From Acidimicrobiaceae bacterium (lineage in GTDB: Bacteria; Actinomycetota; Acidimicrobiia; Actinomarinales; Actinomarinaceae): a DNA stretch of 37,344 bases. The notes beneath the pieces were generated by a model, which ran no database searches, was not told the origin of the DNA, and saw only the letters and a program-made list of their open reading frames with translations. Positions 1 to 9,692 of the stretch are shown here, piece by piece. A program made the position numbers and the translations under genes. Within the stretch, counting starts at the first letter, position 1; each line of letters starts with the position of its first letter. The stretch covers positions 1 through 37,344 of the forward strand of contig JAOMBT010000006.1 of the NCBI GenBank assembly GCA_028344675.1, in the 5' to 3' direction.

Positions 1-1373
1 ATTAGTTTATTGAACTCCATGGCATATTCCATTGGAAGTGTTTTGGTAAACTCTTCCACAAAACCAGCAACAATCATAGATGTTGCTTCAGATTCGGAAA
101 GCCCCCTACTCATCAAGTAAAATAATTGATCTTCACCAACTTTTGATACTGTAGCTTCATGGCCAATCTCAGCTGATGCTTCTTCTATCTCCATATATGG
201 GTAAGTATCAGATCTTGAATCATCATCAAGTATTAACGCATCACATCTAACAAAACTCTTTGCAGATTCAGCTCCATCTTCTACTTTAACTAAACCTCTG
301 TAGGCTCCTCTACCTCCACCTTTTGATATTGATTTAGATGTAATCAAAGACGTTGTATCCGGTGCAAGGTGTACCATTTTTGCTCCAGTATCTTGGTGTT
401 GACCTGCATTTGCAAAGGCTACGGATAATACCTCACCATGTGCACCAGGTTCCATTAAATAAACGGATGGATACTTTACAGTTAGGGAAGAGCCAATATT
501 CGCGTCAATCCACTCCATTGTTGCATTCGCAAAAGCTTGAGCTCTTTTTGTAACAAGGTTAAAAACGTCGTTTGACCAATTTTGAATTGTTGTATACCTA
601 CAGGTACCTGAAGGTTTGACTATTATTTCAACGACTGCTGAATGAAGAGCATCTGTTGTATAAACTGGTGCAGAACATCCTTCTATGTAATGAACGGATG
701 CTCCTTCATCTACAATAATTAATGTTCTTTCAAACTGACCCATGTTTTCAGCATTGATTCTAAAATAAGCTTGTAGAGGGTCCTCAATATGCACTCCTTT
801 TGGAACATAAATAAACGAACCTCCAGACCATACTGCAGAATTTAGTGCAGCAAATTTATTATCTCCAGGTGGTATGACTGTGCCAAAATATTCTTTAACT
901 AATTCCGGATATTCTCGAACTGCTGTATCCATATCACAGAAAATTACTCCGAGCTCTTCTAGATCTTCTCTGTTCCTGTGATAAACTACTTCACTTTCAT
1001 ATTGAGCAGTTACACCGGCTAAGTAGCTTCTCTCAGCTTCTGGGATTCCAAGTTTTTCATATGTTTCTTTAATTTCATCTGGAACCATATCCCATGAATC
1101 GGCTTGGTCTTCTGTAGGTTTTATATAATAGTAAATATTATCAAAATCTAAAGAATCTAACTTTTCTTTTGCAACCCATTCAGGCATAGGTTTATCTAAA
1201 AATCTTTTATAAGCTTTTAATCTAAAATCGAGCATCCATTCTGGTTCGTCTTTAATCTCAGACATTTTACGAATTATATCTTCGTTTAGGCCTTTTTCAG
1301 GCTTAAATACATTCTTTTCTGGATCAGACCAGCCTAACGAATACTTACCTAAGTCAATATCAACATTTGCCAT
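1..1373 (-). CDS. sufB: Fe-S cluster assembly protein SufB (3' end runs off the window)
   Basis: Absent from the ORF track because there is no stop in the window. Manual translation from ATG 1373 gives [55 protein letters not shown]..., with internal GQFERTLII and HYIEGCSAP, ending in frame at ...[13 protein letters not shown]; all typical SufB motifs. Confidence 0.96.
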   Translation of the reverse strand, partial: MANVDIDLGKYSLGWSDPEKNVFKPEKGLNEDIIRKMSEIKDEPEWMLDFRLKAYKRFLDKPMPEWVAKEKLDSLDFDNIYYYIKPTEDQADSWDMVPDEIKETYEKLGIPEAERSYLAGVTAQYESEVVYHRNREDLEELGVIFCDMDTAVREYPELVKEYFGTVIPPGDNKFAALNSAVWSGGSFIYVPKGVHIEDPLQAYFRINAENMGQFERTLIIVDEGASVHYIEGCSAPVYTTDALHSAVVEIIVKPSGTCRYTTIQNWSNDVFNLVTKRAQAFANATMEWIDANIGSSLTVKYPSVYLMEPGAHGEVLSVAFANAGQHQDTGAKMVHLAPDTTSLITSKSISKGGGRGAYRGLVKVEDGAESAKSFVRCDALILDDDSRSDTYPYMEIEEASAEIGHEATVSKVGEDQLFYLMSRGLSESEATSMIVAGFVEEFTKTLPMEYAMEFNKL

Positions 1374-1454
1374 ACTTCTATGTTAATAAGGTACTGAATC
1401 AATCGTAAAAGTATTGATTTAATTTATTTCTATTATTAAGTTAATCTTAAAATT

Positions 1455-1889
1455 ATGCCTGCAATATTTATAAACCCTTCTAATAATGAACATCAACAAT
1501 TGTTAAAGAAGTTAGATATTCAAAATCAAGATTTGAGAATTTTTGTATCAGACAAGTTGCCAAAGGATTTTATTGAGAAACTTCCAGGAAAAAAAGCATT
1601 AGGAGATATTGAAGACAACAGCCATATTTCTACCGCTTCACAAGGGGCTTATTGTGCAATTTACTATGAAGATCCGGATAATCAATTACGGAAAGTGTTT
1701 TTAGATTCAATTAATGATTCATCGGTGCAAAGAATTATATGGATATCAGCTAAAGAACCTTCCAAAGAAATTCTAGAAATTAAAAATCTTGTATATGTTA
1801 AGTATGTTGAAAAAATTAGTTATATTGAGAAGGTTTTGGAACTTGAAGAAGTAGAGGAAATTAAAGATTCAATTATTTACTTAAAATAA
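1455..1889 (+). CDS. hypothetical protein, possibly a degenerate NAD(P)-binding Rossmann/NmrA-like fold
   Basis: 144-aa ORF filling the gap. ALGDIEDNSHISTASQGAYCAIY and VQRIIWIS resemble atypical SDR strands, but there is no GxxGxxG motif. Confidence 0.6.
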   Translation: MPAIFINPSNNEHQQLLKKLDIQNQDLRIFVSDKLPKDFIEKLPGKKALGDIEDNSHISTASQGAYCAIYYEDPDNQLRKVFLDSINDSSVQRIIWISAKEPSKEILEIKNLVYVKYVEKISYIEKVLELEEVEEIKDSIIYLK

Positions 1890-2477
1890 ATTAATACCCA
1901 TTTTCTTTGGAAATTTAATGAATCTTTCAAACCTTTCCCAGGATACTTTGATGTAATCATATATATCATATGACTTTCCCATATATCTAACCTCAAAGTG
2001 TACATGTGGGACTGTTCCTTCTGCATTCCCAGAATCTCCAACGTAGCCGATTGTTTGCCCAGCAATAACTTCAGCACCCAGATAAATACCGTCTGCAAAT
2101 GCGGTCTGTCTACCACCTAAATTATCATTTTCATTTATATCATCATTTAAATGAACATACAAAGAGAGCCATCCATTTTGATGATCAATTGCGATATAGT
2201 AACCAGATGACTGTGTAAAAGAAACAGTGTTAACACGTCCATCTGCAATTGCTACAATAGGAGAGCCTTTTCGTGCTCTTATGTCAATACCTTCATGAAC
2301 TCTTTCTCCATTTCCTCTTATTTCTCCCCAATCATCATAAAAATGGGACATAATATTTTTTACAGGAAACACCATAGTTTCCAGGAATTTAGAATGCTTT
2401 GCATTTAATTGAGATTGATTTAATAAACTAACTAATACAAAAATCCCAATAAAAATGAAACTTTTTCTCTTTGACAT
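1881..2477 (-). CDS. M23 family metallopeptidase, secreted or membrane-anchored
   Basis: N-terminal hydrophobic signal; HEGID (HxxxD) and PHVHFE (HxH) zinc motifs; GQTIGYVGDSGNA. Confidence 0.9.
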   Translation of the reverse strand: MSKRKSFIFIGIFVLVSLLNQSQLNAKHSKFLETMVFPVKNIMSHFYDDWGEIRGNGERVHEGIDIRARKGSPIVAIADGRVNTVSFTQSSGYYIAIDHQNGWLSLYVHLNDDINENDNLGGRQTAFADGIYLGAEVIAGQTIGYVGDSGNAEGTVPHVHFEVRYMGKSYDIYDYIKVSWERFERFIKFPKKMGINLF

Positions 2478-2508
2478 GTAGTTAGTTTAAAAGATGTAAA
2501 ATTTAGTT

Positions 2509-3345
2509 ATGAAAAAAACTTCATATTTTAAAATTGGTTCTGGGTCGAGAAAAGGTTTTATTTCTAAATTTCAAGATCAAGAATTTAAAGAAACTATAAA
2601 GGAAAATAATATTTCTAAAATAAGAAATCAGCTCTTTACTAAAAGCTCAGAATTAATGGATGAATTAGTTGATAATTGTATATCGTTGACCATAACTTCA
2701 CCTCCTTACAATATTGGAAAAGATAGTGACGAAGATTTAACAGATGATGAATACTGGAAAATGATAACAAAGGTATTTGAAGAAGTATATAGAGTGACTG
2801 AGTCTGGCGGCAGGCTAGTAGTAAATGTTGCAAACCTTGGAAGAAAGCCATATATACCTTTTTCGAAATTTTTTATTGAAATAATCACAGAAATTGGATT
2901 TCTGATGAGAGGCGAGATAATATGGCAGAAATCTAAAGGAGCTAACGCAAATTTTGCATGGGGAAGTTGGCTTTCTGCTTCGAATCCGGTAATTCGTGAT
3001 ATTCATGAGTATTGTTTAATTTTCTCAAAAGATTCAATGAAAAATTCAAGTAAAGGAAAATCGACAATTGAAAAAGAAGAATTTATGGAGTCAACTTTAT
3101 CAATATGGAATATAAGTCCAGCTAGAGCAAAAAAAATAGGTCATCCTGCTCCTTTTCCTGTTGAGTTAGTAAAAAAATTTATAAATCTATATAGTTTTAA
3201 AAATAACCTTATATTAGATCCTTTTATGGGTAGTGGTTCAACAGCAATTGCCTCAAGAATGCTTGAAAGAGATTACATTGGATATGAAATAAACCCTGAC
3301 TATGTAAAAATAGCAAATAAAAGAATCAAAGAAGAAATTAGTTAA
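2509..3345 (+). CDS. site-specific DNA methyltransferase, beta class (N4-cytosine/N6-adenine)
   Basis: Catalytic TSPPY precedes HPAPFP and the SAM-binding DPFMGSGST (beta motif order). SPPY is typical of m4C enzymes. Confidence 0.92.
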   Translation: MKKTSYFKIGSGSRKGFISKFQDQEFKETIKENNISKIRNQLFTKSSELMDELVDNCISLTITSPPYNIGKDSDEDLTDDEYWKMITKVFEEVYRVTESGGRLVVNVANLGRKPYIPFSKFFIEIITEIGFLMRGEIIWQKSKGANANFAWGSWLSASNPVIRDIHEYCLIFSKDSMKNSSKGKSTIEKEEFMESTLSIWNISPARAKKIGHPAPFPVELVKKFINLYSFKNNLILDPFMGSGSTAIASRMLERDYIGYEINPDYVKIANKRIKEEIS

Positions 3346-5059
3346 CTAAATCCCAGGCTGAGAATAGATCTTTATATATATCATTTTTGCTTAATAAATT
3401 TTTATGATTATCAAATCCAACAAGCTTACCTTTATCCATTACAATAATTTTTTCAGCATTCAATATAGTTTCTAATCTGTGAGCTATAACAATTGAAGTT
3501 TGGTAGTCCAACACTTTGTCAGTTGCTTCAAGGATAGAATTTTCAGATTCAATATCTAGATTTGCAGTAGCTTCATCAAAGACAATAATTTGCCTTCTTG
3601 CAAGAACCGCTCTTAATAATGAAATAAATTGTCTTTCTCCTGCAGATACATTTGAACCTCTTTCTCCAACATTTTGATTTAAGCCTTTTTCATATCTATC
3701 AAACCAGCGAAGAACTCCTATTTCTTCAAGTTCTTTCTCTAATTCAATATTTTTTGGATCTGAATAGATTAAATTATCTCTTATTGTTCCTCTAAATAAA
3801 AAACTTTCTTGAGGTACGTATGCAATATTTTTTCTAGCCCATCTTTGTGTTACGTTTTTGGATGACTCTCCATAAAAGTTTACTTCTCCTTTAGTAGGCA
3901 AATAAAATCTAAGAACTAATTTTGCAATAGTGCTTTTACCAGCTCCTGTTTCTCCAACGATGGCAATTTTTTCACCTTTATTGATTGAGATATTTACATC
4001 ATGTAAAACAGTATCTCTACCATAAGAGAAATCTACATTTTTGAACTCAATTACTTTGTTTGAATCCATTTGCGGTTCAATATCGCCTGTCTTGCTTAGC
4101 ACTTGCTCTTCGTCTAATATTGAAAATACTTTTTTCATAGAAGAGCCAGCCGAACGAAGGACATCGTAGTTAAACGAAAGTTGAATAAGCGGGTCGAAAA
4201 AATAATTTAAATAAAATAATAATGCGACTAACTCACCAACTGATAAAGTTCCTTCATTGATTCTTACAGATGCAAACCAAATGACTACAGCAATAGATGT
4301 AACTCTTGTAATTTCTAGAAAAGGAAAATATATTGCGATATTTTTGGCAGATTGCATATTAGCTTTTAAGTGTTCATCATTTACATTCTTAAACCTTTCA
4401 AATTGAGTTTTTTCATCTGAATAAGCCTGTATAATTCTTACTCCTGAAATTCCTTCCTGAAGAGATGAAAGAACTTGACCAATCCACTCTCTTATTGACC
4501 AATAAGCTTTATCAGCATGACTACGAAATATTCGTGTTGCTATCCCCAGTAAAGGTAAGATCAAAAATGATAGTAATGCTAATTGTGCATCAACTAAAAA
4601 TACAGCAATTGTAGCTCCAAGAATAGTAAGCAGAGAAGTAATGACACTACTGGCACCTTCCCGCGCAAACTCATTTAAGCTTTGCATGTCTGAGGTCATA
4701 CGGGCAACTAATACACCTGTTTTGTTTTTTTCAAAGTAACTTATATCGAGTGAAGATAAATGTCTAAACAGTTTTTCTCTTACGCTTTTAACATATGATT
4801 CACCGACTAAACCAATAGCAAGAAGAGCCTTACTTGTGACAAAATAAAGTAAAACTAATACAATGAAATAATAAAGACTTTGTTCAAGCAAATATGAGTA
4901 ATTTGACTTAAGTACTCCTTCATCAATTCCTCTTGATATTAGTTGAGGGCCAACCATTCTTAAAGCAGATCCAGCCATAGCAATCAAAGAACTTAAAAGA
5001 AAAGCCCTTCTTACCTCAGGCACTAACCTCATTGAACGCAAAAATGTGTTATCTTTCAT
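3338..5059 (-). CDS. ABC exporter, fused TMD+NBD (heterodimer subunit 2)
   Basis: TM domain, Walker A GETGAGKS, signature VSAGERQ, Walker B VFDEAT, AHRL. ATG 5059 (MKDNTF) preferred to the track's 5071. Confidence 0.92.
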   Translation of the reverse strand: MKDNTFLRSMRLVPEVRRAFLLSSLIAMAGSALRMVGPQLISRGIDEGVLKSNYSYLLEQSLYYFIVLVLLYFVTSKALLAIGLVGESYVKSVREKLFRHLSSLDISYFEKNKTGVLVARMTSDMQSLNEFAREGASSVITSLLTILGATIAVFLVDAQLALLSFLILPLLGIATRIFRSHADKAYWSIREWIGQVLSSLQEGISGVRIIQAYSDEKTQFERFKNVNDEHLKANMQSAKNIAIYFPFLEITRVTSIAVVIWFASVRINEGTLSVGELVALLFYLNYFFDPLIQLSFNYDVLRSAGSSMKKVFSILDEEQVLSKTGDIEPQMDSNKVIEFKNVDFSYGRDTVLHDVNISINKGEKIAIVGETGAGKSTIAKLVLRFYLPTKGEVNFYGESSKNVTQRWARKNIAYVPQESFLFRGTIRDNLIYSDPKNIELEKELEEIGVLRWFDRYEKGLNQNVGERGSNVSAGERQFISLLRAVLARRQIIVFDEATANLDIESENSILEATDKVLDYQTSIVIAHRLETILNAEKIIVMDKGKLVGFDNHKNLLSKNDIYKDLFSAWDLVN

Positions 5060-6815
5060 TTTTGAAACCACTCGTCTGACTTTCTAAGAATAAAGATTTA
5101 TAACTTTCAATTTCCTCTATTAATTTTGTGTGATTACCCTGACCTCGTACTTTTCCATTTTCAAGAAAAATAACCTCATCACAGAGCTCAATTGTTGGGA
5201 CTCTATTCGTAATTATTAATGTAGTCATATTTGACATGACTTTTTTAAGTTGATTTCTAATTTCTTCTTCGGTCGAAGCATCAACAGCAGATAGAGCGTC
5301 ATCAAGTATTAAAATTCTTGGTTTGCGTAATATTGCTCTAGCTAAAGCAATTCGTTGTCTCTGACCTCCTGAAAGACCAAATCCCCTTTCTCCAACTTTA
5401 GTTTCATATGATTCAGGTAACTGAGCTATAAATTCATGAGCTCTTGCAATAAGTGCGGCATTTTCAATTTGCTGTTGTGTAGCTTTATCCGAGCCAAGAG
5501 AAATATTATCTTTAGCTGAATTGGAAAATAAAAAGCTTTCTTCAAAAGCGAGACTTACCTGGGATCTTAATTCATCAAGTTTTACATTGTGAATATCTAC
5601 TCCATCTATTTCAATTTTTCCTGATTCAATATCATAAAGCCTTGGAAGCAAATAAGCTAAAGTTGATTTTCCAGAACCAGTAGATCCAACAATAGCAACT
5701 GTTTTCTTTCCATCAATCTCAAAAGATAAATTGTCAAATATTTTTTCATCACCGTATCTAAAATTAACATTTGAAAATTTTAAACTTCCACTTCCTGTTT
5801 CTGGAAAACTTTCTGATGAATTGCCATCAACAATACTTGGAGTCTCATTAAGTAAGTCTAGAATTCTATTACCTGCAGTGACACTTGACGGTATCTCTGA
5901 CAAGAACCACGCAGTAATTCGTAATGGCCAAAGTAGCAAAAAGACATACTGAGTAAAAGCTATAAAATCACCCAACGTTATAAAATTATTTATAGATAAA
6001 TAGCCTCCAAGAAGTAAGACGAGTAGTGTTATCACCATTGGTATCAATTCAAACATTGGAATAAATTTTGTTCTTAATTGCAAATATTCAAGTGATGAAT
6101 TGTAAATACCGGAGATTGCTGTCTCTACCTTAGACGAAGCTAAATCCTCATTTCCAAAAGCTTTTACAACTCTTATTCCTCCAAGTTGCTCTTCAACTTC
6201 TGTTGTCATCTGAGCTTCAGCTTCTTTAACTCTTAATGAAATTCCTAAGGCTTTTGAAGAAAAATTAGAAGCTAACCATAAGACAGAAGGAATAGATAAA
6301 AGTACCAAGGCGCCCAATGGCAGACTTAAGCTGAGTAAGGTGATGCTTAGAATTATAAGAAGTAATATATTTGCAGAAGCTAATGGAGCAATTGCGTATG
6401 CAAGCCTGACTTGAGAAGCATCGCTTGAAGCCCTTGCCATTAGTTCTCCTGTTGGAACTTTATCATGATATTGAAATGCCAACTTTTGCATGTGTGTAAA
6501 TATTCTATTTCTAATTCCAGCTTCTACATTAAAAGAAACATGCATAGAGAAGTACCTTCTTATACCAATTGATGAAGCACGTAGGTAACCAGCAATCAAC
6601 ATGAATGAAATTAAAATAATCAACATTTGTCTATTTTCTATAACAATTGCATCATCAATAATTCTTTTTATGATGTAAGGCTGAATAACAATCAAAAAAC
6701 ACCAGACCACGGCCGAACCCATTGAAATTAGAAAACTTTTTCTATTTTCTTTTATTCCATCTTTATAAAAGTTAATAGCTTTTTTAAATTCAGGAGTTTT
6801 AAAAATTTTAAACAT
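5049..6815 (-). CDS. ABC exporter, fused TMD+NBD (heterodimer subunit 1, degenerate ATP site)
   Basis: Walker A GSTGSGKS, LSGGQRQR, ILDDALS (catalytic E>D) and TNR in place of the H-switch, as in TmrAB-type heterodimers. Likely start ATG 6815 (MFKIFK). Confidence 0.92.
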   Translation of the reverse strand: MFKIFKTPEFKKAINFYKDGIKENRKSFLISMGSAVVWCFLIVIQPYIIKRIIDDAIVIENRQMLIILISFMLIAGYLRASSIGIRRYFSMHVSFNVEAGIRNRIFTHMQKLAFQYHDKVPTGELMARASSDASQVRLAYAIAPLASANILLLIILSITLLSLSLPLGALVLLSIPSVLWLASNFSSKALGISLRVKEAEAQMTTEVEEQLGGIRVVKAFGNEDLASSKVETAISGIYNSSLEYLQLRTKFIPMFELIPMVITLLVLLLGGYLSINNFITLGDFIAFTQYVFLLLWPLRITAWFLSEIPSSVTAGNRILDLLNETPSIVDGNSSESFPETGSGSLKFSNVNFRYGDEKIFDNLSFEIDGKKTVAIVGSTGSGKSTLAYLLPRLYDIESGKIEIDGVDIHNVKLDELRSQVSLAFEESFLFSNSAKDNISLGSDKATQQQIENAALIARAHEFIAQLPESYETKVGERGFGLSGGQRQRIALARAILRKPRILILDDALSAVDASTEEEIRNQLKKVMSNMTTLIITNRVPTIELCDEVIFLENGKVRGQGNHTKLIEEIESYKSLFLESQTSGFKNER

Positions 6816-6864
6816 GTACACCAATCTTAAATGATTTAAATATTTAAAAATAACCCAAAGGACT

Positions 6865-6882
6865 TTGTGCATTATTTCACAA
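6865..6882. promoter_or_regulatory. palindromic operator TTGTGCA-TTAT-TTCACAA (Rex/CRP-like) upstream of menA-menG
   Basis: One mismatch to the Rex consensus TTGTGAA-N4-TTCACAA; ends 19 nt before the menA ATG, just 5' of a candidate -10 TATTAT (6886-6891). Confidence 0.7.
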
Positions 6883-6901
6883 GCATATTATTGTACTTTC
6901 T

Positions 6902-8419
6902 ATGACAGATGTTTTAGATAAAAAAATAGAACAAGTATTAGATTCAGCTGATCGTATGTTTATTGCTACTAGTGTCGGAGGTAACTCCTCTGGTGCATCA
7001 GTATTTTTTAGTAGAGATGGTGAAGATTTAGTATTCTTCACATTCCATCCAACAAGAAAGGCTGAACAGATTAGGCTAAACCCCCGTGTTCATGTTGTAA
7101 TCTGGCCAAAAGGTCAGGAAGGAATTGAAGGTCTTCAAATTGACGGAGAGTGTTACAAAATAAAAGATGAAGATGAAAAAAAGAAAGCCTACAATCTTGT
7201 ATTAGAAACAACTCATGCATTCAAGGAGTTTATGGAAGATGACTTTCTCATTGAAAATGATGTTGTTGGCTACTACAGAGTTAAACCTACAACAATTAAA
7301 TATGTTAATTTCTATCAAGAAGAAAAATTTGAATGGAAAACTATTCCATCCAATAAAACATCGGCAATAAAGATGGCATTCAAATTGGGGTTAAAAAGAA
7401 TTGGACTCTGGTTAAGGACTATCCGTGCTCCCTTTCTTACAGCTACTTTTGCTCCTATCTTAATTGGTGCTGCTGTAGCTTGGAGCGATCTTAAAGATTC
7501 AGGTTTTGATTTATCCTGGTCATGGAAAATGTTTTGGCTTGTTTTAGCTGGAGCATCATTAGCTCAAGTAGCTACGAATGCATCTAATGATTACTTTGAT
7601 CATACATCAAATGCAGATGAAATAAATAAGGTAGCAAGTCCATTTAATGGTGGGAGTAGGGTAATTCAGGTAGGGCTTATGACACCTGGTCAAGTATTAA
7701 TTACTGCACTTGTTAGCATTGCTGGAACTATAGCAATTGGTCTTTATTTAAATCAACAAATTGGTGGTGGATATTTTGCTAATACTCCAATCTTATGGGC
7801 TGGAATCCTTGGAACATTCCTTGCTCTTGGTTATACAGGTGATCCTGTAAGACTTGGTTACAAAGGGTTTGGTGAAGTAGCAATTGCACTAGGTTTTGGA
7901 CCGGTTATGGTAATGGGAGCACACTACGTACTTACAGCACCAATTCACAATAATATTCTTTCAAGTTGGAACTGGGTTGAGGCCCTAGTTGCCTCTATCC
8001 CAATAGCAATATTGGTAATGCTTATTGTCTGGATAAATCAATTCCAAGATGCTCCATCTGATGCAGCAGTGGGTAAAAATACTTGGGTAGTTAGAACAGC
8101 TGAAGAAGGTGAATGGATGAAGCTAGAGAAGCCAATGAAACTGTATAAGTACTTCATGATTGAATCCTTTATTGCTGTAGCTTTCATTGGGGTGCTGAGT
8201 TTGTTTACAGATATTGGCACAGTTTATGCATTTATAGCCCTTGCTCCATTAGCTCTAGTTTGGAAAGCTTTCAAAATGGCAGATGAGTGGATGATTAAAT
8301 GGAACAACCCTGAGGCAGACAGGCAAAAAGTGCCATATGAGCTCCTACTTGTCAACGTTTCAACAATTGGAATTCATTTCCTTACAGGATTGCTTTTAGC
8401 TGCAGCATATATTTTATAA
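6902..8419 (+). CDS. menA: fusion of a PNPOx-like flavin split-barrel domain and a MenA-type (UbiA family) 1,4-dihydroxy-2-naphthoate prenyltransferase
   Basis: aa ~1-150: FIATS...LVFFTFHPTRKAEQIRLNPRVHVVI...GLQIDG split-barrel pattern. aa ~170-505: RAPFLTAT, NDYFD, GGSRVI, GFGE, INQFQDAPSDAAVGKNT and multiple TM helices. menG follows directly. Confidence 0.85.
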   Translation: MTDVLDKKIEQVLDSADRMFIATSVGGNSSGASVFFSRDGEDLVFFTFHPTRKAEQIRLNPRVHVVIWPKGQEGIEGLQIDGECYKIKDEDEKKKAYNLVLETTHAFKEFMEDDFLIENDVVGYYRVKPTTIKYVNFYQEEKFEWKTIPSNKTSAIKMAFKLGLKRIGLWLRTIRAPFLTATFAPILIGAAVAWSDLKDSGFDLSWSWKMFWLVLAGASLAQVATNASNDYFDHTSNADEINKVASPFNGGSRVIQVGLMTPGQVLITALVSIAGTIAIGLYLNQQIGGGYFANTPILWAGILGTFLALGYTGDPVRLGYKGFGEVAIALGFGPVMVMGAHYVLTAPIHNNILSSWNWVEALVASIPIAILVMLIVWINQFQDAPSDAAVGKNTWVVRTAEEGEWMKLEKPMKLYKYFMIESFIAVAFIGVLSLFTDIGTVYAFIALAPLALVWKAFKMADEWMIKWNNPEADRQKVPYELLLVNVSTIGIHFLTGLLLAAAYIL

Positions 8420-9043
8420 TTGCCTGAATCAGCAAATTTTTCAAATATTTACAAATTTTACGATTTAATTAATACGGTTCTTACACTTGGTTTTGATAAA
8501 TCTTGGAGAAGTAAAGCAGCAAATAATCTTACTGGGACTTCAGTACTAGATTTAGGAAGTGGAACTGGTGCTGCTTTTGCACAGTTGACAGATTATGAAA
8601 CTACAGCTTTGGACCCAGATAAAAAGATGTTGGAATTAAATATATTTGAAAATAAAGTTCTAGGTACTGCTGAAAAATTACCTTTTGAAGACAAAAGCTT
8701 TGACAATATATTTTGTAGTTTTGTCTGGAGAAATATATCCGATACAGATAAAGCACTTGGTGAAATATACAGAGTCTTAAAACCTGGAGGAAAGTTTGTT
8801 CTACTTGATATGACAAGACCGAAAAATTCAATATTAAAAATACTACATAAGATTGGGTCATTCAAAATACTGCATCTTATTGGTCTTTTAACATTTAATT
8901 TAAAAGAGTATAGATTTCTATATAGATCTCTAGACTTTTATCCCCAACCTGAAAATCACCTCAAGATGGATAATTTTATAAATATAAATATTGAGAGAAT
9001 GGGGTTGTTTGGTTTTGTTTACTTGGCAGTATTTACAAAATAG
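8420..9043 (+). CDS. menG: demethylmenaquinone methyltransferase (UbiE/MenG family)
   Basis: YDLINTVLTLGFDKSWR, VLDLGSGTG, LPFEDKSFD, EIYRVLKPGG. The TTG start abuts the menA TAA. Confidence 0.82.
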   Translation: MPESANFSNIYKFYDLINTVLTLGFDKSWRSKAANNLTGTSVLDLGSGTGAAFAQLTDYETTALDPDKKMLELNIFENKVLGTAEKLPFEDKSFDNIFCSFVWRNISDTDKALGEIYRVLKPGGKFVLLDMTRPKNSILKILHKIGSFKILHLIGLLTFNLKEYRFLYRSLDFYPQPENHLKMDNFININIERMGLFGFVYLAVFTK

Positions 9044-9065
9044 ATAATTTTTTAAATATATAAAT

Positions 9066-9692
9066 TTACTGATTGGCTAAAGCTACAAGCAATTGTCCGA
9101 CTTGATCTTGTGGTAAGTTTCCACTTCTTCTTGCAACAACTTTTAAATCTTTATCTAAAAACACCCAGTATGGAAAAGAGTTGACGCCATAAGCAGTACC
9201 GATATCTCTATCTAAATCATAAATCTGAGTTTCTGACCAGCCTTCTCTTTCTAGCCAATCATGTGGTGGGTAATTGTCTCTTGATCTATCAATTGATGTA
9301 GCTACGGCAATAATTTCTACACCCTCTGGAACACCAATAATGTCAATATACTCTTGCATAACTGGAACTTCTTTCTGGCAGTATCCACACCAGTGTGCTA
9401 AAAACAAAAGAGCTTTTGCATTACCATTTTTTTCTAGAGTGACTATCTCAGAGTTTTCATTTGGCCCTGAAAATATTGGTGCATCAAGACCTCTTGCAAC
9501 ATTATCATCGTTTTCTCCAGAATATTCTGGTAAACCTTGGCCTGTAATCGTAGTCTCACCCTCAGGTAAATTTCCATCTAAGGGTTCATCAACTAAAGAT
9601 ACGCCTATTGCAACAGCCAAACCTACTACAAGAACTACTGATCCTGCGATAATGAAGTTTTTATTCAACTGTTTCCCTTCTCGAAATATCAT
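9066..9692 (-). CDS. membrane-anchored thioredoxin-like thiol-disulfide oxidoreductase (TlpA/DsbE/DsbF-like)
   Basis: N-terminal TM helix, LAHWCGYC (CxxC) and the YGVNSFP cis-Pro loop. Confidence 0.88.
   Translation of the reverse strand: MIFREGKQLNKNFIIAGSVVLVVGLAVAIGVSLVDEPLDGNLPEGETTITGQGLPEYSGENDDNVARGLDAPIFSGPNENSEIVTLEKNGNAKALLFLAHWCGYCQKEVPVMQEYIDIIGVPEGVEIIAVATSIDRSRDNYPPHDWLEREGWSETQIYDLDRDIGTAYGVNSFPYWVFLDKDLKVVARRSGNLPQDQVGQLLVALANQ

Noticed and set aside
1-1373. SufB intein as in some mycobacteria
   Set aside because: About 457 codons reach almost the C-terminus, leaving no room for an insertion.
2471-2502. TTGACA (2471-2476) as the -35 for the methyltransferase
   Set aside because: Spacing to TAAAAT is 20 nt, too long, and the hexamer is constrained by the M23 start codon.
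5049-6815. Degenerate ATPase motifs as a sign of pseudogenisation
   Set aside because: One degenerate site is normal for heterodimeric ABC exporters.
6816-6872. Extension of the ABC exporter to 6872
   Set aside because: It runs through the divergent promoter and operator; ATG 6815 is more plausible.
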